From Trypethelium eluteriae (lineage: Eukaryota): 64,000 bases of DNA. The stretch is taken from contig JAVECL010000017.1 in NCBI GenBank assembly GCA_051942245.1, forward strand, positions 1 through 64,000. Direction: 5' to 3'. The notes beneath the pieces are model-generated. The model was not told the origin of the DNA. It saw only the letters and a program-made list of their open reading frames with translations, and did no database searches. A program made the translations under genes and the position numbers. Shown here in pieces: positions 13,451 to 25,246 of this stretch (within the stretch, counting starts at the first letter, position 1; each line of letters begins with the position of its first letter).

Positions 13451-15522
13451 TCTATGCCGCCATCCTAGACTACTCAGCCAGGGGTGCAGCCGTGTTTACC
13501 ATCGCAATGAGCGTGGTAGTGCTTGCAATCATGATTGGGTTTCGCAAATCTAAACTGCTATACGTCGCACTACACATACTGCCTCTATTTACAAGTTTCT
13601 CTACTCTCAGTCTCTATGAAATACACAGAAGGGTCGGCGCTTCTGTACTAGCAGTTATCTTGTTCAGTCTTCAGACTTAATTCAGGTTGGATGGATGGGC
13701 GCTTTCAGGAGAAAATTATTCCTTTGGGTTGGATGATGATTGAGTAAAGCTTATGAAGAATGAATAGTCCAATAACTTAACATTCGGGCTCTTTTGATAG
13801 GTTAATCAATACATACTTGAGTTACCCCGGAGCTTCGCCATCTCTGCCTTTACTTCTAGGCAGCGCTTGTATTACGGTCATTGGGCTCTGTGCGTTGAAT
13901 TTGGTCTTCTAAACCAGCTCAACACGCGGATCAAGGCACATCCAAATGCTGCTCTGTCGAGATGTTAGTAAATGGATACAGGATAGTCCATCAAGTCGAA
14001 CTGCGAGGGGTTACGTATTTGCCCTTTCAGCCAGTCCAGTTTGCTAGGCCTGTGAAGCCACCACTCCAGTCCAAACAGTATCATCAAGTTGGTCAATGGC
14101 ATGCAATGATTCGGAAGATTGACCGAGAGCCGAGGGCCCCGGAGGGTGGCTGCATAGCTTGCTCTGACAATAACCCACAGACGCCCATGCCAAATATCTT
14201 ATTGACGTGGCAACAAGTCGTTCTGCCGGTGTGGAACAAAGTCCGTAACAGGGGTAAACGAGGTTGCTGCTGTGTAACATGGGAGATGGAGAGCTCGAAC
14301 CGGGTATCTGGATCCGGAGTTACATGCAATCATCATTCCCTGACATTCTCGCGGCTTTGAGTAGGTAACTTTGGCGACCATCCGGGACCCCCAGACCTTC
14401 CGTCCAACCCCTTTTGTCTGATAGAATATCCCAACGAAACCCTCACTGCAATCTTCGAAATATCATCCATCCTTCTCATCCACAACTCACCTTTTTCCTA
14501 TTCAAGGAAAGCGCGTACCGCTTGGTTGATTTCATGTCGCTGTTGATCCCTGACAGCATCAAGCAGCTGCAGTACTGGGAAGCTGTAGCCTCGTCGAGAG
14601 ATATCGAAGAACCTTTGCATCGACGGTGGACAGCTTACCTTTTTCCAGTGAAGGAGATGGGGATTTAGTCGGCTTTCGGCAAGGCTACAATCTGTCCTTT
14701 GACAGTGCGATGCCCACTGGAGGACCTTCCCTCCACCGACCTATTCTGGCGGCAACGTTTCCGGCATGGTCTTGCTCTTCATGGCGTTCGAGAAGAAGCA
14801 CTAGTGACTACGCGAGCGCACAATTTTCCACACTTGTCGCCTACAGGCGTTGCATGCTCCAACAGCATGTCTCTTGTATCTCTTGCCCGACTGTTCCCTT
14901 CCTCTCGATGATGGCGATGATGCCACGGAATGTAGGTACAATGCCTAGCCGCCAGATGCTGCGCTAGGGTATGCTTGTGGGGTGTAAGTCAGATGGAGGC
15001 ACAGGCCGTGCGGTCCGGCCATGCGGGGACGATGCGCGGTGTGGGTTTGTGGCCTGAGCGTCACTAGCGCCACTAGCTTCTAGCCCTCTATCTCTTGCTT
15101 CTAGCTCCCGAGCTTAGCTTTCTAGCTTCACCACCAATCGATCTGTTCTGGGTCCTGTTTTCTCTCTCCACTCACGTGTTCACGCTTCAGCGGTAACGGC
15201 CACTTTCGCCAACCCCCCGGCACAACATCAACATTTACGCCCCTTACCAAGTTAACTACCTTCTTCGACAGTATATGAGTGCAGAGAATCGCAATCTGGT
15301 CAGCCAACGACGGATCGAGTATCAGCCAAGACAGTATAGATTTATCGGCTGGGCACTCGAACGGGTTGTCTCATATTTGCGCGGTCGTCATGGGAGTATG
15401 TAATTATTATTCTAGAGAATCGACATTGCGATTCGCTCTTTGGGACGACCTGTTCTCGCTTCGATAGGTTCGATATCTACTGTAATATATATTATGTGCT
15501 AACAGATTGTTTTCCTAATAAT

Positions 15523-15654
15523 GGGCTCGTGGTCTAACGGTAAGCAATCAAAGGATTACATGTTTGACTACGTGTAGTCGCTAATATATAGTGATGTAGG
15601 TATGATTTTCCCTTAGCATGGGAGAGGTCGAGGGTTCGACTCCCTCCGAGTCCA
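15523..15654 (+). tRNA. tRNA-Ala(AGC) interrupted in the D-loop by a 60-nt GT-AG insert (15540-15599)
   Basis: Removing 15540-15599 gives a full cloverleaf: acceptor GGGCTCG/CGAGTCC with the G3:U70 Ala identity pair, anticodon arm TTCCC-TTAGCAT-GGGAG (AGC at 15615-15617), T-arm GAGGG-TTCGACT-CCCTC and discriminator A73. Confidence 0.93.
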
Positions 15655-15662
15655 TTTTTTTA
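15655..15662 (+). terminator. RNA polymerase III oligo-dT terminator
   Basis: Run of 8 T immediately after A73 of the tRNA. Confidence 0.85.
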
Positions 15663-16305
15663 AAGTATAAATTTTTTTTAATCGCATTGTATCTTTCGGG
15701 TTTTATCTTCGTGCTTTCTAAACATAAGATAGCTCTAGAAATATCATTGTGTGTAGCTAGAATGCAAGAGAAAGCTCAAGCTAAGGAAGGCTGCACACAC
15801 TCACACAACATCGCTCTTGTCTAAAACCTCTCATGCTACAAGAAGAGACAATTCCTATTTTGTTCAATCTGGTTTTTTCTTTGTATCTGAAAACTTTAAA
15901 GTAGACATTTGATGAATACGTTCGCCATGCGTAGATTGTAGATAATTTCCCAATACTGAGAGATTATTACAGGGATGATCGTTGCGCTGGGGATTCTGGG
16001 TGTGGATTTGCCATGTGCGGAAATTGGTTCTCGCTCGGTCAGATTTTGATACGGGGTGTTTGTCGCGAAAGTAAAGAGAAACCGTGCAAAGTAGTTGCCC
16101 GAAGCTGTCCGAATTTGTTGACGTCTGGAAATTATCTAGCACTGCGAAGTCTATAGACGGCTTGTACAAATTTCTCACTTAAAGACTGGTCGACTCAACT
16201 GGAAAGGGCAAGTGACAATACAGAATTTCATGGATGCACTCTTCTATAGAGAAATCTGAGGTAGCCTTGCGGCAATAATAGTGTGACTTTCAAAATCGTT
16301 TCACC

Positions 16306-17088
16306 TCAGTTATGAGGAGGCCGGATCATGTATCTAAATATGGACTGGCCCCATTTTCGATCTGCATAAACTGGACATGGCCCCGGTGAAAACTCGTCTA
16401 GATCTACTTGCAAACTCTCCGCAACCTTGAAGCCATTTTTAGCAAATGCTCTGTGACCCGATTCAGATGATTTCACCCAGCAAAATACCGCGTCAGCGTC
16501 GGCTCTTGCTGTTCCCCATCCGATGAGCGCAGATCCTGCCCCACGGGACTGATATGATGGATGCACAACGAGTGCGACAACATACATACACATAGTACCT
16601 GGCGGCATCACCTTTATCATCCATTGCTGCAGATGCTCACTTGTGAGTGACTCAAGTTGGTTGATTGGGTCTAAAGGTTCTCCCGACTGCAAATTATGTT
16701 TTGGCGGTCGGATCAGCTTCGCTACATTGTCTAGCTGATCTTGTCTCGAAGTCTGTGCCTCACGTATTAGCGCTGCGGCATGTTTCTCGCTGGACTCCTT
16801 CCTCCGAGATCGTTCAGCGTCATCTTCATACTCGCGAGAAGCCCAACAAATCCAACCCAAAATCTGCTTTGTAGCAACGTCTGTGGCTTTGAGAACTGAA
16901 TATCGCGAATGGTCCTGTATCCAGGAGCTTATTGCTTCTCTCATCCCATTCGCAAATCTCTCATTGTTCTGGCCCATCGTCTTCATTTGCGTATGTACGT
17001 CGTTAGCAAAACCGTCCATGAACACGCTGGTAAGCAAAGTCACGTCTTCAGCTATCGCACTTTCGATGGTGAGAGCAGAGTCTGCCAT
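16306..17088 (-). CDS. GNAT family N-acetyltransferase
   Basis: LVVHPSYQSRGAGSALIGWG (Q/RxxGxG/A acetyl-CoA motif) and a C-terminal SSESGHRAFAKNGF. ATG chosen at 17088. Confidence 0.85.
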   Translation of the reverse strand: MADSALTIESAIAEDVTLLTSVFMDGFANDVHTQMKTMGQNNERFANGMREAISSWIQDHSRYSVLKATDVATKQILGWICWASREYEDDAERSRRKESSEKHAAALIREAQTSRQDQLDNVAKLIRPPKHNLQSGEPLDPINQLESLTSEHLQQWMIKVMPPGTMCMYVVALVVHPSYQSRGAGSALIGWGTARADADAVFCWVKSSESGHRAFAKNGFKVAESLQVDLDEFSPGPCPVYADRKWGQSIFRYMIRPPHN

Positions 17089-18413
17089 TATCTCGGTGAT
17101 CAACGACAGCTTGTACCAGGTAGTCGTTCAGGCGCGCCGTACAGGCAATAAGAAGGTCGAGGTCGAGTAACATGGACCCAGGACAAGCGGCGGGGAAATG
17201 CTCGGCGTTGCCAATCGAAGCAACGGCACACCCACACCGTTGTGAGGCAGGAGCTGTGGGTGCACAGGCCAGGCCTTCATGTAGCTAGCTCTAGCTCTAG
17301 GTACCTAGCAGCTCCAGAACCAACCATCCATCCTGTTCTCCGGTATTGATCTCAACGTAAGCTATCTGTAGAACATCTACACGAATCCTCTGCAACTAAT
17401 ACAGCCTTCCTTCATATTAAATTCATGCTCCTTGTGAAGAGGCTCCCAGTCTTAGACTCTATCATTGCTTTCTATCGAGATGGATAATACGACACTTTAA
17501 AGCGAGAAGAATGTCTAGCAGCTACTGCACATAAGACGACGACTGACCCGATAAAGGCTTAGGAAGATGCAACTTCCAGGGCACTGCCTTACTTTTCGCT
17601 CGAGATCGCTCCGCACATTTCCTGGAGTCGTGCAGCCGCCACACGGAGCATCCCATTCCCAGCAATCTCCAGCCTGCTAGCGACAAGCTTCCCCGGCCTC
17701 GCTCCTCTAACAAATCTCCCTCTTCACGCTCGCGCGTATATACCATGTCGTCCCCCTCACAAGACCTCGTTCCGTCCATATCATCCTCCTTCATGATCCA
17801 CGTCTCTACTTCATCATGGACGCTGATGGCAAGTTCGAGTCTGGTACCTTGGTGCAGGACTTGTCAGTGGAATACAGAGACGATGTGCTGCAAGAGACTG
17901 GCAAGTACGGGACAGAGGCCGACAGGCGAGACATGAGGCGGATAAACAAGCGACAGGAGCTACCAGATGTCAGGCGTCAAGCCTAGAAACGTTCCAGAAC
18001 GTGAGGGTATCGAAATCAGTGTTGTATTGTCTGTCTAACCTATCTTTGGTGTGCAGGAGCGAAAAGGCAGCGGGGGATGGTGTATCAGATACGCTAGGCC
18101 CAACTAGGATGATCTTAATTGTTATTGGATGGTCCTCCCGAAGGCTGAGCATATCACACTGCTCTTATTAGAAGACTGCACCATTGTTTCGAACACTCGG
18201 AAAAGTGGTCCAAACCTTGTTCTCGCAATCCCCACCCAACGACTGCTCCCCCATCCGACTGTTAGAAATGACTCTCTGGACTCTTTTAGAAGCCATGCTC
18301 GTTGATTCATCTTAAGGATATAGAACTTTTCGCCATTGCGTAGCTGCATTAGCTCAAATCCGGTCCGGCCACTAAGAGCCCTTCCCGCACCTTCAGAGGT
18401 AGTCGCGCTCAGC

Positions 18414-20061
18414 ATGTCATATACCCCGCCAGTTGCGAAAGACGGCTTCGCCTTTGCAAACGACACTTTCTTCGCTGAAGCAACTGGACATCATCGCCAT
18501 CGCCCTGCCGCTCTTTTGGAGCTTCAGCAGCTATTCCACCCTTCATCCTCGACTACTCGAACCTCTGCGGACAAGGAGTCAGTCGGCCACTGGTACGAAG
18601 CACAGCTCCTGCATTATGGCTTGCCGCCGTCAAAAAGCAAGGCAGTTGCGAAGACGAGGCTGTTGGATGCAGTAAATAAGGGGTCATTGAGTGTTCCAGA
18701 GCATATTCGAAAGCTTGAGGGGGAATTAAAGAAGGAATGGCTGAAGAACGAGAGAGTCGCAAGGAAGTCGGCGAAGGAGCAGAAGACAGGCGTTGTTCGG
18801 AGTGATGCGAAGGTTGACAAAGGTGAGCCTGGTCGTGGAAAGGATGCCGCGATGCGTAAGAGGAAGAGGGATGCGGATGGAGATACGGATGGCGGGGCTT
18901 TGAACATCAACGTGTCGGTGAATCTTGGGTCGAACGGGCTGTCGGCAGGCGAGAGTGCGAGCGCGCAGAGACCAAAGCAGACTGCGAGACGAGGTGGATC
19001 GAAAGCTGCGGATACTGAGTCTGGAAAAGCGCCAGGCAGGCCAAAGCAGACTGCTCGGCGGGGCGGATCAGGTATTGCAGAGACGGGGGTTGGAAGGAGC
19101 ACGACCATCCCTAAACAGACTGCGAGATATTCTGGACCGCCTCGTGGTGCTGCTTCTACCCGAGGAAGAGCGACTTCAACTTCGAGACGATCAGGAGGTA
19201 CGATAGACACACAGCACACGGGTAGCACGCCGAGAAGTTCACAAGATAGCCCATCATCCGGGTCGCTACGAGGTCGATAAACTGCACGACGTAGCCGTCC
19301 TTTTAGTGGACTCCAAGCCAGAGGGGTATCCAATGCTACTCGGGTGAAGCATGAATCTGATGCTGAAGTCGACATCAAAGAGGAAGACTACTTCAAGCAC
19401 GAAGATTCAGATATCGACAACTACGAGAAGTACCACGATTCTGTAAGTCAACCCAATACCGCAATTATCAATTGTTGAATTGTCGAGATCGTGAATATCG
19501 TCAAGGTTCGGACTGACTTTTCTGTGCGTCCTCTAGGACGACAATTCCGAAGGAGACAACGACATCGACCAAAGCCCATCGACCCAGCTCGGTCCCCTGG
19601 GCCTAATCAACGGCATGTACGCAATAAACTCAAATGCCTTGGACGAATGGCCAGACATGTTCGACGCTGACGACTTCTCCCTAATTCTTTGCCTCGAAGG
19701 CAACACCATCTGGGGCGCCTATGATTTCGGCATGCACAGCGGTATCCTCTATCTCGACTCACGCCCTTGGACTTCTTCATGGGACGAATTACCCTTTTCC
19801 TGGCGCGGTCGCGAGAACAGCGAGGGACAGATGTCCTTTGGACCGAGCAATCACGGCTGGATACGCTTTCTTGGGAACGGCCAGATTGAGGGTATGATCA
19901 ACTGTTATGGGGACGCGAGGTTTAGTGGGCAGAGAGTGAGTGGGAATGGAGAGACGAGGGCGCCGAGGGATGCGAGGAGTATGCGGATTGAGTGGGAAGG
20001 CTACAATCAGAGAGAGTATGATAGAGCGAATAGGGCGAGGTGGGGCGGGAGTAGTTGGTGA
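18414..20061 (+). pseudogene. Conserved fungal hypothetical protein with KQTARR repeats, interrupted by an in-frame TAA
   Basis: N-terminal GHWYEAQLLHYGLPPSKSK block and KQTARR repeats. TAA at 19278-19280, after which the frame continues. Intron 19443-19536 (GTAAGT..ACTGAC..TAG) joins in frame to ORF 19615-20061 (IWGAYDFG...WRGRE...GWIRFLGNGQIEG). Confidence 0.7.
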
Positions 20062-20204
20062 ACGAAATGACGATTAAAGCTTGCTCAGTGTGGCTAAGCC
20101 ACAACTAAGGCTACTGACTCAGCTCGAGTTACGCCCCTGGGTAAATCACGCCCAAAAGCAGACATGGACTTTATGTGAGGTTACTTTGTCCTTGAATACA
20201 TTCC

Positions 20205-20636
20205 GCTATCCAACTTGCCGTCACCGCCAGCTATGAAGTCATTTCAAATGCGTCACCGAAGAACTTCAAGTACGTCAAGCGGCTGGGCGCGGTGGAAGTG
20301 CTGGATTACCAAGGCACTACCGTTGGCGACGACTTGCGGAATACCTTCAAGGGGAAGGCGATCGCGGGTGGACCAGACTGCGATGGAGGTGCTGGTTGGA
20401 AAATTTGTATGGACGTCGTGCACAAAACCTCAGGGGCCAAGTGCACATCAACGACGAAGCGCGGCTTCTCGGACCCATCTCCAGGCCCTGAAGGTAGAGA
20501 ATATGACTGGAAGACAGGTTATACGAAGTGTAAGAATGTCACGTTAAAACATGAGCATCTCCAAGATATCATTGACGTCGCTGGGAGATTGGACAGGTAC
20601 CTGGATAAGCTAAATGAAGGATTCACTGAAGACTAG
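20205..20636 (+). pseudogene. Fragment of a zinc-binding/enoyl-reductase-like (MDR) oxidoreductase
   Basis: Reads AIQLAVTASYEVISNASPKNFKYVKRLGAVEVLDY...KGKAIAG, an internal MDR segment. No N-terminal GroES domain or start codon upstream. Confidence 0.7.
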
Positions 20637-21399
20637 TTGGCAGAAGCTGATGGAGTGCGCTTGTCTCGATCAAGTCAGATCTAAGTTCTCACCGTATACA
20701 TCGCAATGACAGAGTGGATTCATGTATTTTGATTTCTCGACAGCTATTCGACGTTAAGCTTGAAGCTGTGCACAAACTCGCAAATGAAGACATTAATGCA
20801 CTGTGACCTTACCTCTGTCGGGACCCGAGATCGCCCATTGCTACGTATCACCACCTACCTTGCGCAGACGACGATCTCTACAAACACTTCATGCAGCATG
20901 CCACCCATTCATCGCGGGCGTTGGCAGAATGACCCAGACGCTGCATTCATCGGGGCTTGCGGCCTCGCGAATCAGGGTAAGACTGTATGCCTTCTGGATG
21001 CCTGCACTCTAAGAAGGAACAGGCTACTACAGTATTTAGCTTCACTTTCAGACCAAGAAATTGATATTATTAGCTTTGCATTTAGCGAGGTATAGCTCTT
21101 TAGAATACGCGAGCCTTTCGATTTCGCTATGACCTCTGGATGCTCGAGCATCATTTCAGATTTTCAATCTCCACCGTCCCTTTCCTAGGTTACCTAGGCT
21201 TGCAATGCTAGTATTTTACCATCCAGCTCGACTTCGGCTCGGCCCGCTCAGGCTCACTCAAGGCCTGCAAACACTTCATCCCGGGTTATCGTTGGCAATA
21301 AAGTGTGCTTATTGCTCTTCTCGGTGAACTTTTTTCGCATAGATGAGAATGAGTTGGGGTCTCATTCCACTCTGGTGCCGGCTCCAAATATCGCCCTCT

Positions 21400-23270
21400 T
21401 CAGACATCGTGCCGAGCGTTCTTGCTCATGTGACGAATTTTATCACCATACTAGTTGGCAGTCAGTTTCGTGCGTTGGCTTGCGGGAGATATCCAAACTT
21501 ACACGGTAGAAAACGAAAGGGATTGGTATGAAGCACGCGGCAATGCCGCCAAGGAGCGAATTACCGGGGCCAACACCGAGATGGTGGAAGAGTGCTCGTG
21601 CCTGGTTACATTTTCTGATTAGCTACGGGCGAGGAGAGAAACAGTCTCTGTGGCTTACGAAAAGTGGGAAGCTTGCACCGAACGAGGCGCGGAAAAGTGC
21701 ATTGCCTGCGAAAATCGACGCAGCGTACGAAGGGTATGCGATCCCTAGATAATTAAAGACCGAATTGAATAGCGTGACCACGGCCACGGTAAACAGACTG
21801 GAGCCAATGATAGGCACGATCCAGTGAACATTCTTCCTTGATGACCAGCCGTACCAGAATAGACAAATTGGAAGTGCAAAACAACCAAAGAATGTCGGTG
21901 GAAGAACCATCTCAGGCTTGAAGTTTGGCTTGTTAAATCTGGACACGATGCCATATTTCACCCATACCAAAAAGAGTGGTACCGTGATGAGGGCACCAAT
22001 GAAGATGCCTAGAAAAACCAGTCCCTGCTGACTGATGCTGAACCCATAGATGTCGCCAAATACGATGGGGAACGACTCGAACCAGGTAAATAAAACTCCA
22101 TACAGAAGGGCGGTGTACGTGTCCATGAGGAGAACAATGGGCTCGAAGAAAGCGAGTGTGAATGCCCTTGCGAGGCCAATCAGATCATCTCTCATGGTGT
22201 GATGGGCGGCATCAATTTCAGACTGGCTTCTCAGCCGATCATTTCCAGTCGCTTTTCTCAGTCTTTTCGCCCTTTTGTACAAGATGTTTGGTGCACTGGT
22301 CTCGGGGAAGAGAAAGAACAGCGTAATCAGTACGCCCGAGCACGCCCACGTGTAAGTCCAAATTGTCCAGCGCCAGCCCTTTGCTGTGGCGACGAATCCA
22401 CCAATGAGGGGCCCAAATACGGGACCACCAATGCCGAATGATGACCAAATGCAGACTGCGTATGCGGACATAGCTGGATCGAGCATATCCGTGATAGTAC
22501 CAGCACCCGTTGCCAGACATGGGCTGCCGCAGAATCCGGATAGTAACCGAAAGACGAGAAACACGGCGACATCTGGGGCGAAGCCGACTGCGAGTTGTAG
22601 CAAAATGAAGACGAGTAGCGTCCAGAAGAAAATGCCACTGCGCCCAAGTTTTGGCATCTCAGACATTGGGGACCAAAGCATAGGACCAATACCATAACCT
22701 CTGGTGTGAAAGACAAGGGACGTCAGCGATAGTCATAATTTCAAATTTTAAACATTTGAAATTCACGTACAGAGTGAAAAGCGAGAGGCCCAGCGTTGCG
22801 ACAGTTTCGCTGGCCCCAAACTCCTGCATAAAACTCTCTTCGCCAGGGGTGTAGATGGAGCTTGCAATGTAGACGGCAAAGTTGAGGATGCACATCTGAA
22901 AAATGATCAAATTCTTCCACCTACTGGACCAATTCTGAGGATTCTAGGTTCGATGTGTAAGAAGCGTATATCATCTAGAACTAGTGGGAGTGCATACCTC
23001 AGGATCATCCGGGCTATACCAGTCTACCAGTTGTATCTCTTGGCCATCTTCGGTCACGTGTCTCTGTGAAGCGGCGCCCTGCGTCTCGGACTCCTTCGCG
23101 AAGCCATTTGCTTCCTCTTCAGTTGGTGTAGATGTTGAGCCTATGTCTTGATGAACAGACTTCTTCCATAATGACGGATCAATCTCGTCGGGATATTGAA
23201 AAAGTTTGTTGCCGGACAGAAGTCGCACCAGCTGGCCAAAGATGGTAGTTTGGAGTTGAGCGGCGGCCAT
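21400..23270 (-). CDS. MFS drug:H+ antiporter (DHA1 family)
   Basis: DWYSPDDPE|NPQNW, PMSEMPKLGR, GPVFGPLIGGF..GWRW and FPETSAP motifs, and many TM segments. Spliced C-terminus YGDKIRHMSKNARHDV*. Confidence 0.92.
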
Positions 23271-23768
23271 GTTGAGCGGCAAGAGGAAGGCTGAGCTAAC
23301 TAGATGAGAGTAGAATAAGCCACACTCGCTTGAGGAATTGTTAGAAGACGGGGCAATTCAAAGTCAGCCAGCTGCAGAGTGCAAATAGCCAACAGCTAGG
23401 TCCCTCTTTTTTTTCGTTGTCCGGTGAAGCAATATGCATCACTGCATCCACAGTTCGGACTTTGCATGGAGCTAAGACCATTAAGCCCGAAGAAAGGCAT
23501 GCAATGATGCAAGTAGGTCGCGATGCGGCTCCAGCCCGATCATTGGATGAAGCAGGACTGACAGTTGCATGTCAGCATTTGAGGGTTCAGTTTACCTGAT
23601 TCAACACCTTTAGAATGCTACCTTATCAATGATGCGACACCCCTCAGGTGTCTGACAGACAGTACATAAGTTTTGCATGGTGGCTGCAATAGATATGGAT
23701 ATGGATATGCATATAAGGTAACTGCGAGATCTTCCACAGCGACACTGGGGACAAGGCGAATTGCGAGC

Positions 23769-25246
23769 ATGGAGACCAATTACATAATAGAGGACGTTCC
23801 AATCCCAATGCTGCACCCCAGTGCCGCAGTGGACACTTCGGTGCCTGAAGCCGCGGCGCATCCCAAGCGCTACACTTCCGAGCCAGCCGACCGTTCCCGT
23901 CTGGCGGAACCACTCACCTTGCCCTTCTCCGGGCGCACCGTTCCGAACCGCTTCATGCACGCTGCAATGACCGAGCAGCTATGTACCTATTATCCTCATA
24001 ACACTCAAGAAAATGGCATCCCCACCAAAAACATTGAGCGTGTCTACGAACGATGGGGACGCGGTGGAATCGGCATGATTCTCACGGGGAGCATTAGTAG
24101 GTTTTATCGGCAACACCCGTAGTTGGACGCGAGACGTGGCGCTGATCATCTCCTCCTACGGTGCTCTATCCCGATCATCTTGAGTCTATCGGAGACCCTG
24201 TCGTCTCCCCCCACCACCCCTTTTCGGGCCCCCGTTTCAACGGCTTCGTAGCCATGGGTAGAGCTGGCAAGGCCCACGGCTCGCTCATGCTAGCCCAAGT
24301 CAATCACCCGGGCCGGCTGTGCGTCTTCCAAGATTCGCCCGTGTCGGCATCTGACGTCGAAGTGATCAACCAAGGAAAAGGCGATGGTTTCTACAGATAC
24401 AAACCACCGCACCCTGCGTCGCATCAGGAGATTCGCGACATTATCAGAGCATTCGCACATGTGGCCGAGTACGTGGCCAAGGCAGGTTGGGACGGGGTGG
24501 AACTGCATGGCGCACACGGCTTCCTCATCGCCCAGTTCCTAAGCCCCAAGACCAACAAACGTACGGACGAGTACGGTGGGAGTCTCGAGAACCGGATGCG
24601 GTTTGTGCTGGAGATTGGAAGAGAGATTCGCAAACGGACTCCACCAGATTTCATCCTCGGCATCAAGATCAACAGTACCGAATTCCAAGACACGGGTTTC
24701 GTGACGCAGGAGGCGGGCGAGTTGTGTAAGAATCTCGAGGAAAATAGATTCGATTTCGTTGAGCTCAGCGGTGGGACGTATGAGAAGATTCTCATGACAC
24801 ACCAGCGCGAGAGCACGAAGAAGAGAGAAGCATTCTTCCTCGAGTTCGCCGATCAGATTGTGCCTGGTTTGTCTAAGACTAAGGTGTATGTTACAGGTGG
24901 CTTGAGGACTGTAGGCGGAATGGTGAGAGCACTAGATACAGTCGACGGCGTGGGTCTTGCCAGGCCACTTTGCGAGGAATGGCATCTTTGTAAAGACATG
25001 CTCGAGGGCAAGGTAGATGGGGCAATCGTCACGGGAATCGACCCGGGCGACTTCTGGCTCGCTCTCATGGCAGGAAATAGAAATATCAGGCTGGTAGGGT
25101 TGGGTGCAGAGCCAGCTGAGTGTTGGAGGAAAGAAGTGATAGATGAACTGAAGGCCACATACGATGAATGGAAGTCCAATAAGAGCACTGAGAAAGAACT
25201 CGGACGTTACAAGCTCATTGATGAGCCCTACAATATGAAGCTTTGA
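23769..25246 (+). CDS. NADH:flavin oxidoreductase / Old Yellow Enzyme family (intron acceptor appears to be GG)
   Basis: NRFMHAAMTE, WGRGGIGMILTG, QVNHPGR and GWDGVELHGAHGFLIAQFLSPKTNKRTDEYGGSLENRMRF motifs. The single intron 24097-24161 ends in CGG. Confidence 0.88.

Noticed and set aside
15618..15824. 68 aa ORF starting MGEVEGSTPSES
   Set aside because: It is the translated 3' half of the tRNA plus AT-rich flank.
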